Source of the DNA: a candidate division WWE3 bacterium
Lineage (GTDB): Bacteria > Patescibacteriota > WWE3 > UBA101185 > UBA10185
Direction: 5' to 3'
DNA: 64,000 nucleotides
Assembly (NCBI GenBank): GCA_014729135.1
Contig: WJKK01000001.1
Location: 128,593 to 192,592 of the forward strand
The number at the start of each line of letters is the position of its first letter. The stretch's first letter is position 1. The notes beneath the pieces were generated by a model that had not been told where the DNA came from, searched no databases, and saw only the letters and a list, made by a program, of their open reading frames with translations. Of the stretch, positions 37,629 through 48,057 are shown piece after piece. The position numbers and the translations under genes are program-made.

Positions 37629-38942
37629 CTACTGCGCAATACTAGCTTTAGCAGAAGTCAAAGCAGTTTCCACATCAGTTCCTTCCAAAACAGCATTCAC
37701 CGCCGTCTGCAAAGCATCCACCTGGCGACGATTCCCGGAACGAGCTGCAATCTCAGCCTCTGTAGCATGCGGAGCATCCAGTGTATACGGACGCAAATAA
37801 TCATTTAACGCTAGCTCATCCGCAAGATCGGTACGCGCATAAGCAGACCCAAAAGGACGATAATTTGACGACTGACTGTAATAAGAAAGCTGCTGATCCC
37901 GCTGCGCCAAAAAGTTCAAAAACTCCCAGGCCGCTTTTGGATTAGCGCTATCCGCCGAAACACCCTCCATCCAAAAACTACCCCAGGTAACGGGATTCTC
38001 AGAATCAACTTGCGGAACAGGAGCCACTCCAATGTTCATGCCCGGCGACATCTCCAAAATATCCAGAATTCGCCATGAAGGAACAAAAATCATGGAAACC
38101 TCTCCATTAGCAAAAGCTGTAGTAGCCTCCGGGAAAGAAGCATTCCAAACGCGGTCCTCCTTTACAAAGTTAGTGTAAAAAGTCAGAGCATCCTGAGCAC
38201 GCGCGCTGTCGATTTCAGCCGGAATACCAACCTCTGCCTGCGACCACATCAGCCCCAAAATATCCGCAAAGTGCTCAATGTTATCCGCTGTTCCCATAGC
38301 AGCTCCGGCACGAATCAGCTCATCCTCAGAATAAAGCGACAACTCTAAAGCCAGCCGACGAAACTCTTCCCAGGCAGTAGGAGGCGCTTGCTGACCTACC
38401 TCTGCAAAGTGATTTCGATTGTAAACCAAAGCCAAGCCATCGTAATACAGAGGCAAGGCGTAAATCTTTCCATCATGAACTGCACTTTCTGCAGCCACAG
38501 GATAAAAAGTGGCATTATAAGTTTCAGTATCCATTAAAGACCCCGGCATAGGCGCCAAAACCGAAGTCAAACGATAAACCCAACTATTATGAACCCGCAC
38601 AATATCCGGCCCGCCTCCCTCAGACAACCGATTAAAAACCCGCTCCTTATAGTTAACCAAAGGCTTCACAACAGAGCGATCCTCATAATTAATAGTTACA
38701 TTTGGGTGCGCCTCCTGATACTGAGCTATCAAATCGCGCATCACCTCCGGATTTTCCCAAAGCCCCCACATAGTCAAGGTTACAGGCTCATTTGACGTTC
38801 CTCCTCCACCAATTAGCGGAAGATTTCCAAGCGCCTCGCCAATTACGGGAAGGTCTTGAACAGTACAGGCCGTTAGTAGGAGGGATAAGGACGAAAGCAA
38901 TACTAGTGTGAAAATTTTTGAAATAGGCAGTTTAGACTTCAT
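37629..38942 (-). CDS. Sugar ABC-type extracellular solute-binding lipoprotein
   Basis: Lipobox LLTAC, GPDIV, YALP, LVYN, PTAWEE motifs. Confidence 0.9.
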   Translation of the reverse strand: MKSKLPISKIFTLVLLSSLSLLLTACTVQDLPVIGEALGNLPLIGGGGTSNEPVTLTMWGLWENPEVMRDLIAQYQEAHPNVTINYEDRSVVKPLVNYKERVFNRLSEGGGPDIVRVHNSWVYRLTSVLAPMPGSLMDTETYNATFYPVAAESAVHDGKIYALPLYYDGLALVYNRNHFAEVGQQAPPTAWEEFRRLALELSLYSEDELIRAGAAMGTADNIEHFADILGLMWSQAEVGIPAEIDSARAQDALTFYTNFVKEDRVWNASFPEATTAFANGEVSMIFVPSWRILDILEMSPGMNIGVAPVPQVDSENPVTWGSFWMEGVSADSANPKAAWEFLNFLAQRDQQLSYYSQSSNYRPFGSAYARTDLADELALNDYLRPYTLDAPHATEAEIAARSGNRRQVDALQTAVNAVLEGTDVETALTSAKASIAQ

Positions 38943-40338
38943 CAAGGAAATTGTACTGTAAAGCAATTCCTATCGTCAACCAGAAGAGAAGTTGCATTTG
39001 ATGGGCGGTTAGCAGGTAGTGGTCAAAGCCTCCTAGGAGGAGCAGGTGGAGGATTAGTGTAATTAGAAGTGGCTTGCTTTGGCGGTTGTTTTGGCGAATT
39101 TGGAAGGATTTTTTAGGAAAATTGTTTAGGAGATTTTTTATAAGGCTAGCTAAAAAGAGGATGAAAAAGGTTAGGGAAAAGATTCCGCTTTCAACAAGAA
39201 GTAGCATGTAAATGTTATGGATGGGTTGTGTAAATTTGGCAAATCCATTGTAAATGCTTAGCTGATCCACAAAATAAGTGAAGTTGTTATAGCCAATTCC
39301 AAATAGGGGGCGCTGCTTAATTAGTTGAAAACCTATTGTTAAAAGATTGCTACGACGCTGGAGTGAGGAGGTGTTTAACAGCGGAAGGTGTGTGCTAAAT
39401 GGGAGTATAAACGTTAAGAGCAGGAGTAGTGCAAGGACCAAATAAATCAGCCGATTGCCAAGGGAGGGGGTTTTTTGCAAGAGAGTTAAAACAACTAGAG
39501 ACAGAAGGAACGCTGCCATTACAAACCACGAAAAAGTTAAAAAGAGTGTAATTGTTCCCAAGAGAAAAGTTAAAGCGTAAAGGGGACCTGCCTTTCTTTG
39601 TAAAAAGCTATTGAAAACAATTAAAAGACCAAAACTTAAAAACCCTGCAAAAACGTTGGGATGCCTAAATGTGCCATAAGGTGGGATTTTTGTAACCCCA
39701 AAGAAGTTTTCTTTAACTATGCCCGGTGTGGAAAATGTATAAGGCTGCTCCCCCAGGATAAGATAGTTGTCAAAAATACTCCCTTGATGCAGCCATTGCA
39801 AAATCCCTAAAACACTTAGTGCAAGAATTAAAAAAGCAAACCAAGTATGATACTGGCTTAAAAATCCGGAAACCTTGGAGATAAGGGATTTGGGGAGTTT
39901 TTGTGAAGTATGATACTTGAAATTTCTAAAAGGAATATATAGGACAAATCCTGCATATAAAAACAATCGTAGATATGCATAAAAAGAGGGAGCAAACTCA
40001 AAGGAGCTAACAACTGAAAGAAAAACGCTCCAGAGAAAAAGAGTTAGAAAAATTAAGGACCAAGACCTCTTTCCTTTCATCAGCAAAAAACCTTTCCAAA
40101 AAACAACAAGTTTTGGAAGTGCAACTAAGAGCAGCAAAAAAACTAAAATGTCATGAACATAAAGCGTGGGAATTAAGTAGTCAATTAATTTGCCATTAAC
40201 ATAAGCAAAGGGGAAAATGAAATGCTTCCCTAAATTTAAAGGCAAACTCAATAAAACAAGTGCAAATAAAAATCTCTCAAGTGAAAAACCGCGAAGGACT
40301 CTTAAAAAATAGTCAAAAAAACGTCTTAAAAACCTCAT
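38932..40338 (-). CDS. O-antigen ligase family protein
   Basis: GTFRHPNVFAGF, PLFGIG, PIHNIY..LLVESG motifs. Confidence 0.88.
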   Translation of the reverse strand: MRFLRRFFDYFLRVLRGFSLERFLFALVLLSLPLNLGKHFIFPFAYVNGKLIDYLIPTLYVHDILVFLLLLVALPKLVVFWKGFLLMKGKRSWSLIFLTLFLWSVFLSVVSSFEFAPSFYAYLRLFLYAGFVLYIPFRNFKYHTSQKLPKSLISKVSGFLSQYHTWFAFLILALSVLGILQWLHQGSIFDNYLILGEQPYTFSTPGIVKENFFGVTKIPPYGTFRHPNVFAGFLSFGLLIVFNSFLQRKAGPLYALTFLLGTITLFLTFSWFVMAAFLLSLVVLTLLQKTPSLGNRLIYLVLALLLLLTFILPFSTHLPLLNTSSLQRRSNLLTIGFQLIKQRPLFGIGYNNFTYFVDQLSIYNGFAKFTQPIHNIYMLLLVESGIFSLTFFILFLASLIKNLLNNFPKKSFQIRQNNRQSKPLLITLILHLLLLGGFDHYLLTAHQMQLLFWLTIGIALQYNFLDEV

Positions 40339-41159
40339 CTGGCCAGCTCTTTCGATCGAGCATGGGCAGAAACAATTACAGAATCATCCAACTTTGCAAG
40401 CTCCTCTATTCCCAAAGCTTTTGCAATTAAAAAATCAGCTAAATGCGGGTTTCGAGCTAAAACAGGACCATGAAAGTAAGTCCCTAAAGTGTTTTTATAC
40501 AAAACACCCTCAGTTGTGTCCCGCGAGTTATTTCCAAAAGCCTTCGTTGTTGTTGCCAAAGGAGTAAGATCCCCCGAAAGATAAGTTCTACCTCCATGGT
40601 TTTCAAAGCCTACAATTTCATCTCCAATAGTATTGTTTTTTTGAAAGTAAATATCCGATAAAATGTCCTCATGCAAAGTAGCTACAGCATTTCCTATACT
40701 GCGAGGACCTTCCCGGGCTTCCGTGTAAAAATCCAGAAAACCAAGCCCTTCCAAAATAGAACCATCAGCTGATTTATAATAATTGCCTAAAAGTTGGTAA
40801 GAACCACAAATAAAAAGACCAACTCCGTTAGCTTCCAGAAAATCGACTAAAAAACTGCCTTTCTTGTCTAAAAAATCCTTGTAAATTTTTTGCTGAGATA
40901 AATCGGGGCCACCTCCCATAAAGACGAGATTCAATTTGTTCATGAGGGAAGCGTCTAAAGTGGTTTCAAGAGAGATTTCAAAAACTTCAACTTCAATATC
41001 ACAGCGCAGGGCACGCTCTTTTAAAATTTCAACATTGCCTCGATCGCCGTATAAATTTAAAAAGTGCGGATAAAACCAACCAATGTTTAACTTTTTTGAG
41101 GATTTTTGAGAACCCTTTGTAGGAACTGCCACTTTTTCAGATTTATTAAGATTGGTCAT
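40335..41159 (-). CDS. gatD: Lipid II isoglutaminyl synthase amidotransferase subunit
   Basis: NLYGDRGN, ICGSYQLLG, GFENH, YFHGP; coupled to murT. Confidence 0.92.
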   Translation of the reverse strand: MTNLNKSEKVAVPTKGSQKSSKKLNIGWFYPHFLNLYGDRGNVEILKERALRCDIEVEVFEISLETTLDASLMNKLNLVFMGGGPDLSQQKIYKDFLDKKGSFLVDFLEANGVGLFICGSYQLLGNYYKSADGSILEGLGFLDFYTEAREGPRSIGNAVATLHEDILSDIYFQKNNTIGDEIVGFENHGGRTYLSGDLTPLATTTKAFGNNSRDTTEGVLYKNTLGTYFHGPVLARNPHLADFLIAKALGIEELAKLDDSVIVSAHARSKELAR

Positions 41160-42436
41160 AAAATATTTTGCCCTGTAACTAACTGTCTAAACTCTAACAT
41201 TGCTGAATAATTAGGTAAGACAACAATCTTTTTACCCTCTAAACCGGCGACATCAGCAGAGGAAAGACCAAGTTCTGAGGCATCTCCAATAAATACACCT
41301 GCAAAATCAGAAACTCCGGCATAATCCAGGCGAATCTGCATATCTAAAGCACGAGAACCTCCTACGTAAACCAAAGCCTCTTTACAAACTTTTGCCAAAG
41401 GGGTGGGATCAATGTCATAAATCCAGGAAACATCGCGCCCATCAGGAATACGATCATTTAACAAAAATAAAATGGTATCAAAATCAATTTCACCCGATAG
41501 CAGCATTTCTAAGTTATTGTTAAAACTGGCAGGATTTTTTGCTAAAAACACATAAAATTCTTTTTCTAAATAGGCAATTTTTTCACCACGGCCAAAAGCT
41601 GCTTGAAAAGTTTTAAGAGCTTTTTCAATAACAACATCCTTCAAACCTAAAGCTTTCGCTACAGTAACCGCAGCATTTACATTGCGAGTATTAAAGCCTC
41701 CAACCAAAGGCGTAAGCTTTGCAAAAGAATCATCCAAGTCAAAATCTAAAACTTGCCCTCCCTGGGCAATCCAAAAAGAGCGCAATCTATCAAAAGGGGA
41801 GTAATCCTTGGGCAAAACCATGGCAGGAACTTGAGCTTTTTTCATAGAACCACTCGACCTACAAGAAACAGCAACATTCTTTAAAGCCCCCTCCCAACGA
41901 GACAAAATTGTATCCACTTCGCCATAACGATCCAGCTGATCGCGCGACAAATTAGTCAGCACCACAAAATCCGTATGCAAACGCTGCAAAACCAAGGGCA
42001 AATTAAACTCATCAACTTCCAGTACAAAAAAATCCGAAGTAAAACGACCCAAAAAATCAGTGTCCGTTAAAAGGCTAGTTAAAATTCCATTTAGCAAATT
42101 GGCACCGGAAGCATTATGCGTAACTTTAAAACCGGCCTCCCGAAGTAGATGGGTGAGGAGGGTGGCGGTAGTAGTTTTGCCATTAGTGCCACTTACTAAA
42201 ATAACTTTGCCTAAATTTTGGGAAATCTCTGAACCCTTTAAATCTTGAGAATCTTTCGAATTCTTTAAAACATGCTCCCTCCCCGAAACCTCCAAAATCC
42301 TCTCATCCACCAAATCCCAAATCCTAGGAAAAAATTTCTGAACCAAATGCCCCGGATAAACATATCCATTACCTGCATTTAAAAGAGGAATAATTTTTGA
42401 AACTATTTTTGTAAACCAACTTGCCATCAAAATCAT
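41156..42436 (-). CDS. murT: Lipid II isoglutaminyl synthase Mur-ligase subunit
   Basis: GTNGKTTT, EVDE, RDQLDRYGE, AKNPA, DGRDVSWIYD, YSAML motifs. Confidence 0.92.
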   Translation of the reverse strand: MILMASWFTKIVSKIIPLLNAGNGYVYPGHLVQKFFPRIWDLVDERILEVSGREHVLKNSKDSQDLKGSEISQNLGKVILVSGTNGKTTTATLLTHLLREAGFKVTHNASGANLLNGILTSLLTDTDFLGRFTSDFFVLEVDEFNLPLVLQRLHTDFVVLTNLSRDQLDRYGEVDTILSRWEGALKNVAVSCRSSGSMKKAQVPAMVLPKDYSPFDRLRSFWIAQGGQVLDFDLDDSFAKLTPLVGGFNTRNVNAAVTVAKALGLKDVVIEKALKTFQAAFGRGEKIAYLEKEFYVFLAKNPASFNNNLEMLLSGEIDFDTILFLLNDRIPDGRDVSWIYDIDPTPLAKVCKEALVYVGGSRALDMQIRLDYAGVSDFAGVFIGDASELGLSSADVAGLEGKKIVVLPNYSAMLEFRQLVTGQNIL

Positions 42437-42454
42437 GTCCACATTATATGTCAT

Positions 42455-42765
42455 TCTTATTTATATATATAAAACGTAGTAGTAGTAATAGTATTGTGGA
42501 TATGTTGATGGGCTTTTTTATGGCTTTTGTGGTGGTGTTTTTGGAGGGGTGTCTGTGTGGATAAGCTGTTTTTGGCTTTACTGTAGTGTTTGAAGGCTTT
42601 TTTGTTTGTATTTTTGCTTTTGTTTGGCGTTTTTTAAGTGTTGAAAAGTTGCAAAAATTTGTGGGTTTTGTTGTGGATAATTTTGCAGACTTATCCACAG
42701 AACTTTTAGGGTAGTGTTTTTTATCCACGCTTATCCACAAGTTTTCCACAACCTATCCCCAAAGT
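42455..42765. other. oriC: Replication origin oriC
   Basis: About seven DnaA boxes, TAG trio repeats at 42477-42494 and an adjacent AT-rich tract, directly downstream of dnaA. Confidence 0.92.
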
Positions 42766-42788
42766 TTCAGCGCGCCCCCTTCCCTTAA

Positions 42789-44378
42789 CTACATAGTAAA
42801 AATCAAATTTCGAATATTCTCCACATCCTGACGCGTACGCGGCTCCTTCTGAATCATCCCCGCAATCTTATCCGTACCATGCATAACCGTAGTATGATCC
42901 CGCCCCCCAAGAAGTTCTCCAATAACCTCCAAAGGACTCTCCGTCATATTCCTAAGCAAATACATCGCAATTTGACGCGGAACCACGATCTGCTTAGTTC
43001 GTCGCCTCCCCTTAATATCAGATTTATTCACCTGAAAATACTTACAAACTGCATTCATAATCGTATTTGGATTAGCTGTAGTCCTCCTGGAAGGTACCAC
43101 CTGCCCCAACTCCTCCGCCGCCATCTCTATTGTTGCCGGAACCTTCTGCACCTTCACTTTAGCTACAATTTGAATGTAGGCCCCTTTAAGCTCGCGAATG
43201 TTTGTGTCCACTTTTTCGGCAATAAAGTCGATAACGTCGTTACCTAAGGGATCCTTTCGCTGATCCCGCAAAGTTCGCAAAATGGCCATTCGCAACTCTA
43301 CATCTGCATGGGCAATGTCCGCCGTAATTCCACTTCCAAACCGTGACGTCAGCCTTTCCTCTAAACTTACAAAATCCTTAGGAGGTCGATCCGAAGTTAA
43401 CACAATCTGTTTTTTCTTGTCATAAAGCGTGTTAAACGTATGGAAAAATTCCCTCTGAGTTGCATCCTTGCCAATAATAAACTGAATGTCGTCAATTATT
43501 AGAAGGTCGGTTTTTCGGTACTTTTTTCTAAAAGCTTCTGTTCTGGCTCTCTTGCTAGCTTTTCCTTTTTGAATGACTTCTATTAATTCGTTCCCAAATT
43601 CTTCGCCGGTGGTGTAAATAACTTCCATGTCGGGTTTGGTTCTTAAGATGTAGTTGCCAATTGCTTGTACCAAGTGGGTTTTGCCTAATCCTACTCCGGA
43701 GTATAAAAATAAAGGGTTGTAATCTTTTCCGGGTTCTTTGGCTACGGTTAAGGCAATTGAGTAGGCTAAGTCGTTGCTGTCGCCTCTTATGTAGTTTTCA
43801 AATGTGTATTCCGGCACAAGCCCTGCCTTTCTTTGTGCGCTTTCTATTTTTTCTGCTACTTCAAATAGAGGGGCTTCTGAAGGTTTGTTTTTTGCACCTG
43901 CTTTTTTAGCGTTTGTAGCTTTTTTACCGGAGGCTGTTTCTGTGCTTGTTCCGGCAGGTACAACGTCCTGAATCTTTTTTTGCTCCAGTTTTGGATCTAT
44001 TATGAAGCTTAGTTTGGATTTTTTTTCGGTAATTTCTTCCAGGCTTTCTTTTATTAGGGTTTCAAATTTTTTTAAAGTTGCTTGTGCGGCTGCATTGGGA
44101 GTTGCTATGGTTATGGTGTCTTTTTTAATTTCGGCAATTTCGCATTTTACAAACCACATTTTGTAGGTGTATTCGGAGAGGTTTAATTGAAGTTTTCCCA
44201 GGACTCCTCTCCAAATGGAGTCTTTGTCGGTTTTTGCGTATGTTTTTTTGTCTTTTTCGGGGTTTTTGGAGGCGCTTTTTTCACTTTTTGGAGTTGTTGA
44301 GTTAGCCTTTTGCACCACTTCCTTTGGAGTAGTTTTTGCGGCTTTTTTTGTTACTGTTATTTCCTGTTGTACGGGCAT
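42789..44378 (-). CDS. dnaA: Chromosomal replication initiator DnaA
   Basis: YNPLFLYSGVGLGKTHL, IIDDIQF, RQIAMYL, GGRDHTTV motifs. Confidence 0.98.
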   Translation of the reverse strand: MPVQQEITVTKKAAKTTPKEVVQKANSTTPKSEKSASKNPEKDKKTYAKTDKDSIWRGVLGKLQLNLSEYTYKMWFVKCEIAEIKKDTITIATPNAAAQATLKKFETLIKESLEEITEKKSKLSFIIDPKLEQKKIQDVVPAGTSTETASGKKATNAKKAGAKNKPSEAPLFEVAEKIESAQRKAGLVPEYTFENYIRGDSNDLAYSIALTVAKEPGKDYNPLFLYSGVGLGKTHLVQAIGNYILRTKPDMEVIYTTGEEFGNELIEVIQKGKASKRARTEAFRKKYRKTDLLIIDDIQFIIGKDATQREFFHTFNTLYDKKKQIVLTSDRPPKDFVSLEERLTSRFGSGITADIAHADVELRMAILRTLRDQRKDPLGNDVIDFIAEKVDTNIRELKGAYIQIVAKVKVQKVPATIEMAAEELGQVVPSRRTTANPNTIMNAVCKYFQVNKSDIKGRRRTKQIVVPRQIAMYLLRNMTESPLEVIGELLGGRDHTTVMHGTDKIAGMIQKEPRTRQDVENIRNLIFTM

Positions 44379-44424
44379 TTTATGTGTTTTTAGTTGGAGG
44401 GGCAGTGTAAAACTTGGCTTGTTG

Positions 44425-44453
44425 TGTGTATAACTTTAGAGAACTTATCCACA
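44425..44453. promoter_or_regulatory. DnaA boxes upstream of dnaA
   Basis: TGTGTATAA (44425) and TTATCCACA (44445). Confidence 0.7.
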
Positions 44454-44580
44454 TTTATAAAGCAATTCTAATTGATTCTTCTCTTGAAGGTGTGATGAGG
44501 TTCTTTAGAAGATGTGAATTTGAGTTAATTTAGTGATGTGCCTTAATGTCTTTGAAACGAAGTCCTCCTGAATTCAAATC

Positions 44581-44607
44581 TGTCATCCTGATGAAAATCA
44601 GGATCCT
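44581..44607. repeat. GTCAT-tagged REP-like palindrome
   Basis: TGTCATCCTGATGAAAATCAGGATCC. Confidence 0.8.
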
Positions 44608-44667
44608 GTTGGTATGATCAGTTCCTTTGTTGACTTACTAACTCACATCCGTTATCATTTCAACGCT

Positions 44668-44841
44668 ATGCCAAAGAGAACATATCAACCAAAAAAGAAA
44701 AAAGGACTTCGCAAATCCGGGTGGAGAAAGCTTATGCTAACAAAAAACGGAAGAAAGCGAATTGCCCGTCGTCGCAGGAAAGGTCGTAAAAGACTGGCAG
44801 GTAGGCTGTACAAAGGAAAGCAGAAGCGCAACATCAAATAA
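44668..44841 (+). CDS. rpmH: 50S ribosomal protein L34 with C-terminal extension
   Basis: MPKRTYQP...[10 protein letters not shown]; divergent from dnaA. Confidence 0.93.
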   Translation: MPKRTYQPKKKKGLRKSGWRKLMLTKNGRKRIARRRRKGRKRLAGRLYKGKQKRNIK

Positions 44842-44896
44842 CACCTCCGCAGAGATTGCGTTGTTTTTATAAAGAAGCTTCAAAATAAAGCACCAA

Positions 44897-45265
44897 ATGC
44901 TAAAAAAACAAAACAGACTTCTGACCAACTTCGAATTTCGCATCACCCACCGTTATGGCAAGAAAACCTCCGGGAAATACTTCTACCTTTACTACTTAGA
45001 CCGCTCCAAACGCAACCTTTCCGAAGCAAAAAAACCAACAAGAATTGGCTTTCTAACCTCCAAAAAACTGGCAAAAAACGCCGTTACCAGAAACCGCATA
45101 AAAAGAGTCTTTAGAGAAGTGGTTCGCTTAAATCTTGATAAAATTAAACCCGGATTTTGGATAGCCCTGCACCCTAAAAAACAAAGTTTAACCGCCTCCT
45201 ATGAAGAAATTAACACTGACTTTATTAAAACTCTACAGAAAGTTTCTTTCGCCAAAGAACTTTAA
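44897..45265 (+). CDS. rnpA: RNase P protein
   Basis: [16 protein letters not shown] motif. Confidence 0.95.
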   Translation: MLKKQNRLLTNFEFRITHRYGKKTSGKYFYLYYLDRSKRNLSEAKKPTRIGFLTSKKLAKNAVTRNRIKRVFREVVRLNLDKIKPGFWIALHPKKQSLTASYEEINTDFIKTLQKVSFAKEL

Positions 45266-45416
45266 CCTTTCTACCTGCAGATTTACGCCCAGTTGCTCCA
45301 AATATACAAGGCAAGCAGTGCAAAAGTACGGTGTTGTTAAAGGTTTAGCTTTAGGTTTGTGGAGGGTTTTGCGATGTAATCCCCTTTCAAAAGGGGGGTA
45401 TGATCCTGTAGAATAG
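45201..45416 (+). CDS. yidD: Membrane protein insertion efficiency factor
   Basis: [20 protein letters not shown] motifs. Confidence 0.95.
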   Translation: MKKLTLTLLKLYRKFLSPKNFNLSTCRFTPSCSKYTRQAVQKYGVVKGLALGLWRVLRCNPLSKGGYDPVE

Positions 45417-45493
45417 TCAAGCAAATAAAAGCCGAAACTTTTTAGGCTTCCGTGAAGTAAACCTGAAGATAATCGGTTTAATAAAGTAAAAAT

Positions 45494-46306
45494 ATGTTAG
45501 GAACAATTTGGAACACAATTTTAGTAACGCCTCTTTTAAACTTGTTAGTGTCGTTGTATCAGGCAGTTGGAAATTTAGGTATTGCCATAATTTTAATGAC
45601 GCTTTTAATTAGAGCTGCTCTTCTTCCTGTAATGCTGCCTTCCTTAAAAAGCATGAAAAAACAGCGTGCTTTAAAACCCGAACTTGATAAAATTCGCGAA
45701 AAATTCAAATACGATAAGCAAAAGCAAGCCGAAAAACAAATGGAACTTTTTAAGCAACATGGTATAAATCCTGCTTCAGGGTGCTTAACTCAAATCGTAA
45801 CCATCTTAATTTTGTTTTCCCTTTATGGCGTTATTCGCAAATTCACAACCGCTGAAGATATTGCCAATATCAACAGCCTTTTGTACTTTCCCTTCTTAAA
45901 GCTTCAGGAAGGTGCCGGAATTAACACTTCCTTTTTATATTTGGATCTTGCTAAACCGGATCCTTACTTTATTTTTGCGGTACTTTCAGGAGGATTGCAG
46001 TTCCTCTCAACCCGCATGACCATGGGCTTTACTCAAATGGGAGAGAAAGCTGCAAAAGAGACTCCTGAGAAAACTGATGACATGGCTTACAACATGCAAA
46101 AACAAATGCTCTACACAATGCCCATAATGAATGTTATAGTAGGAGTCACTCTGCCCTCCGGAATCGTTTTGTACATGATAACGGCTGCGGTCTTTTCTAT
46201 GTTGCAAAATATAATTCTAAATGGTCCGGAAAGTATGGGTCTTTCATTTGATAAGATGAAGGCAACAGTTAATAAGTTAACGGATAAGTTGAGAAAACAA
46301 TCCTAG
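45494..46306 (+). CDS. yidC: Membrane protein insertase
   Basis: LGIAII..TLLIR, INPASGCL, PSGIVLY motifs. Confidence 0.95.
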   Translation: MLGTIWNTILVTPLLNLLVSLYQAVGNLGIAIILMTLLIRAALLPVMLPSLKSMKKQRALKPELDKIREKFKYDKQKQAEKQMELFKQHGINPASGCLTQIVTILILFSLYGVIRKFTTAEDIANINSLLYFPFLKLQEGAGINTSFLYLDLAKPDPYFIFAVLSGGLQFLSTRMTMGFTQMGEKAAKETPEKTDDMAYNMQKQMLYTMPIMNVIVGVTLPSGIVLYMITAAVFSMLQNIILNGPESMGLSFDKMKATVNKLTDKLRKQS

Positions 46307-46321
46307 AAAGCAGTTTGAACT

Positions 46322-46810
46322 ATGACTACAGAAAAAAAGATTGAAAGTTTGAAAGAAATTTTAGAGGAGATTTTTGGTTATTTGGGAATTGATCCTAAGT
46401 TTACAATTGATGATGTTGAAGAGGATCATCTTTTTGTGAAGATTTGGGACGGTGATTTAAGCTTTTTAATTGGTTATCGCGGGAATTGTTTGAAGGCTTT
46501 GAAGTATTTTTTGGGGCTGGCTTTAAATCGAGGGATTGATGAGGAAGAGTGGACACGCGTTAGTGTTGATATTGAAGGTTATTTGGAGCGTCGTAAGGAG
46601 AAGATTGAGGAGATTGCTCGTAATCATATTGATAGGGTTAGGTTTTTTGGTCATGAGGTTTCTTTGCCGAACATGGATGCTTCGGAGCGTTTCATTGTGC
46701 ATGAGTATGTTGGGGAATATGCTGATATTGAGTCGGAGAGCGAAGGCTCCGGTTATAGTCGCCATGTTGTGCTGAAGCCTGTGGGAGATTCTGAGTCAAG
46801 CTCAGAATGA
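46322..46810 (+). CDS. jag: Jag/KhpB RNA-binding protein (KH + R3H)
   Basis: LIGYRG, ERFIVH motifs; synteny. Confidence 0.88.
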   Translation: MTTEKKIESLKEILEEIFGYLGIDPKFTIDDVEEDHLFVKIWDGDLSFLIGYRGNCLKALKYFLGLALNRGIDEEEWTRVSVDIEGYLERRKEKIEEIARNHIDRVRFFGHEVSLPNMDASERFIVHEYVGEYADIESESEGSGYSRHVVLKPVGDSESSSE

Positions 46811-46829
46811 CGCAAGTCATCCTTGCTTA

Positions 46830-46856
46830 TGTCATCCCGGACTTGATCCGGGATCC
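46830..46856. repeat. GTCAT-tagged REP-like palindrome
   Basis: TGTCATCCCGGACTTGATCCGGGATCC. Confidence 0.85.
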
Positions 46857-46905
46857 AAAGGCTAAAAACGCTTTTGAAAAGGTCTAGCAAATACAAACAA
46901 AAACA

Positions 46906-48018
46906 ATGAAATTTACCTGCCGCCAAGAAAACTTAGAAACAGGACTATCCCAGGTATATAAGGCTGTCCCTAACAAAGCCAACCTACCCATTCTTTCAAA
47001 TGTCCACCTTTTAGCAAAGGACGGCCGCTTAAGACTTTCAGCAACCAATTTGGACACCTCCATTACAACTTATGTTGGCGTTGACATAGCAAAAGAGGGC
47101 GCCATTACAGTTCCTGCTAAAATCTTTCGGGATTTAGTTTCCAACTTACCCGAAGGCGTTATAACAGTTACTTTAGACGATCACTTGCTTCATGTTGAAG
47201 TGGAAAAAAACACCGCCAAGCTTAACACTGTAGCTGCAGAGGAATATCCTGAAATTCCCGTTATGGGAGATGATGTAGAAGTGCTTGAAATGGACACGGA
47301 AGTTTTTGCCGATGCCGTTAAGACCGTTGTTTTTGCAGCAGCTAGCGATGAAACTCGGCCTATCTTTTCCGGAGTTTACATTTCCTTTATTGACGGAGTT
47401 TTAAACGTGGTTGCCTCGGATGGTTTTAGACTTTCCGAAAAAACCTTAACCTTGGATACTCCTTTTACAAAAACTTTCTCCGTTGTTATTCCGGCCAAAA
47501 CCTTAATGGAAGTTTCCCGCTTAATTGACACCGATGCTCCCACAAAAATTGCCTTAGATGACCGTGCTAACTTAGTTTTATTTGCAAACAAAGATACTGT
47601 TGTAGCCACAAGAATCTTAGACGGCAACTTTCCCGATTACAAACGCATAATTCCCACAGAGCACACCCTAGAAGCAGAAGTAGCTTATGAAGATTTGTTG
47701 GAAGCTGTAAGATTAGCCGACGTTTTTGCACAGCAAGTAGACAGCTCTATTAAAGTAAAATTTGACTCTGAGGAAGGCTTAATTTCCGTTTCCTCTTCCT
47801 CTCCCGAATCCGGTGAGCAAACCTCCTCCTTTCAAGCAGCCGTTGACGGCGACCCTCTAGAAATAGTCTTAAACTCCAAATATATTCTTGATTTCTTAAG
47901 TAACGCCGGCACTGATAAAATTCGCTTTCGTACCCAAACAGATCTTTCACCTTGTGTGTTCAATCCTTTAGGTAAGGAGGGTTTTCTGCACATAATCATG
48001 CCTCGTCAAAAGGATTAA
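46906..48018 (+). CDS. dnaN: DNA polymerase III beta clamp
   Basis: LPILSNV, VASDGFRLS, FPDYKRIIP, IIMP motifs. Confidence 0.97.
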   Translation: MKFTCRQENLETGLSQVYKAVPNKANLPILSNVHLLAKDGRLRLSATNLDTSITTYVGVDIAKEGAITVPAKIFRDLVSNLPEGVITVTLDDHLLHVEVEKNTAKLNTVAAEEYPEIPVMGDDVEVLEMDTEVFADAVKTVVFAAASDETRPIFSGVYISFIDGVLNVVASDGFRLSEKTLTLDTPFTKTFSVVIPAKTLMEVSRLIDTDAPTKIALDDRANLVLFANKDTVVATRILDGNFPDYKRIIPTEHTLEAEVAYEDLLEAVRLADVFAQQVDSSIKVKFDSEEGLISVSSSSPESGEQTSSFQAAVDGDPLEIVLNSKYILDFLSNAGTDKIRFRTQTDLSPCVFNPLGKEGFLHIIMPRQKD

Positions 48019-48057
48019 GTAATCGAATAAATCGGTTACAATTAAGCCAATTAACCT

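Noticed and set aside
42444-42749. 101-aa ORF downstream of dnaA
   Set aside because: Coincides with the DnaA boxes and unwinding element of oriC
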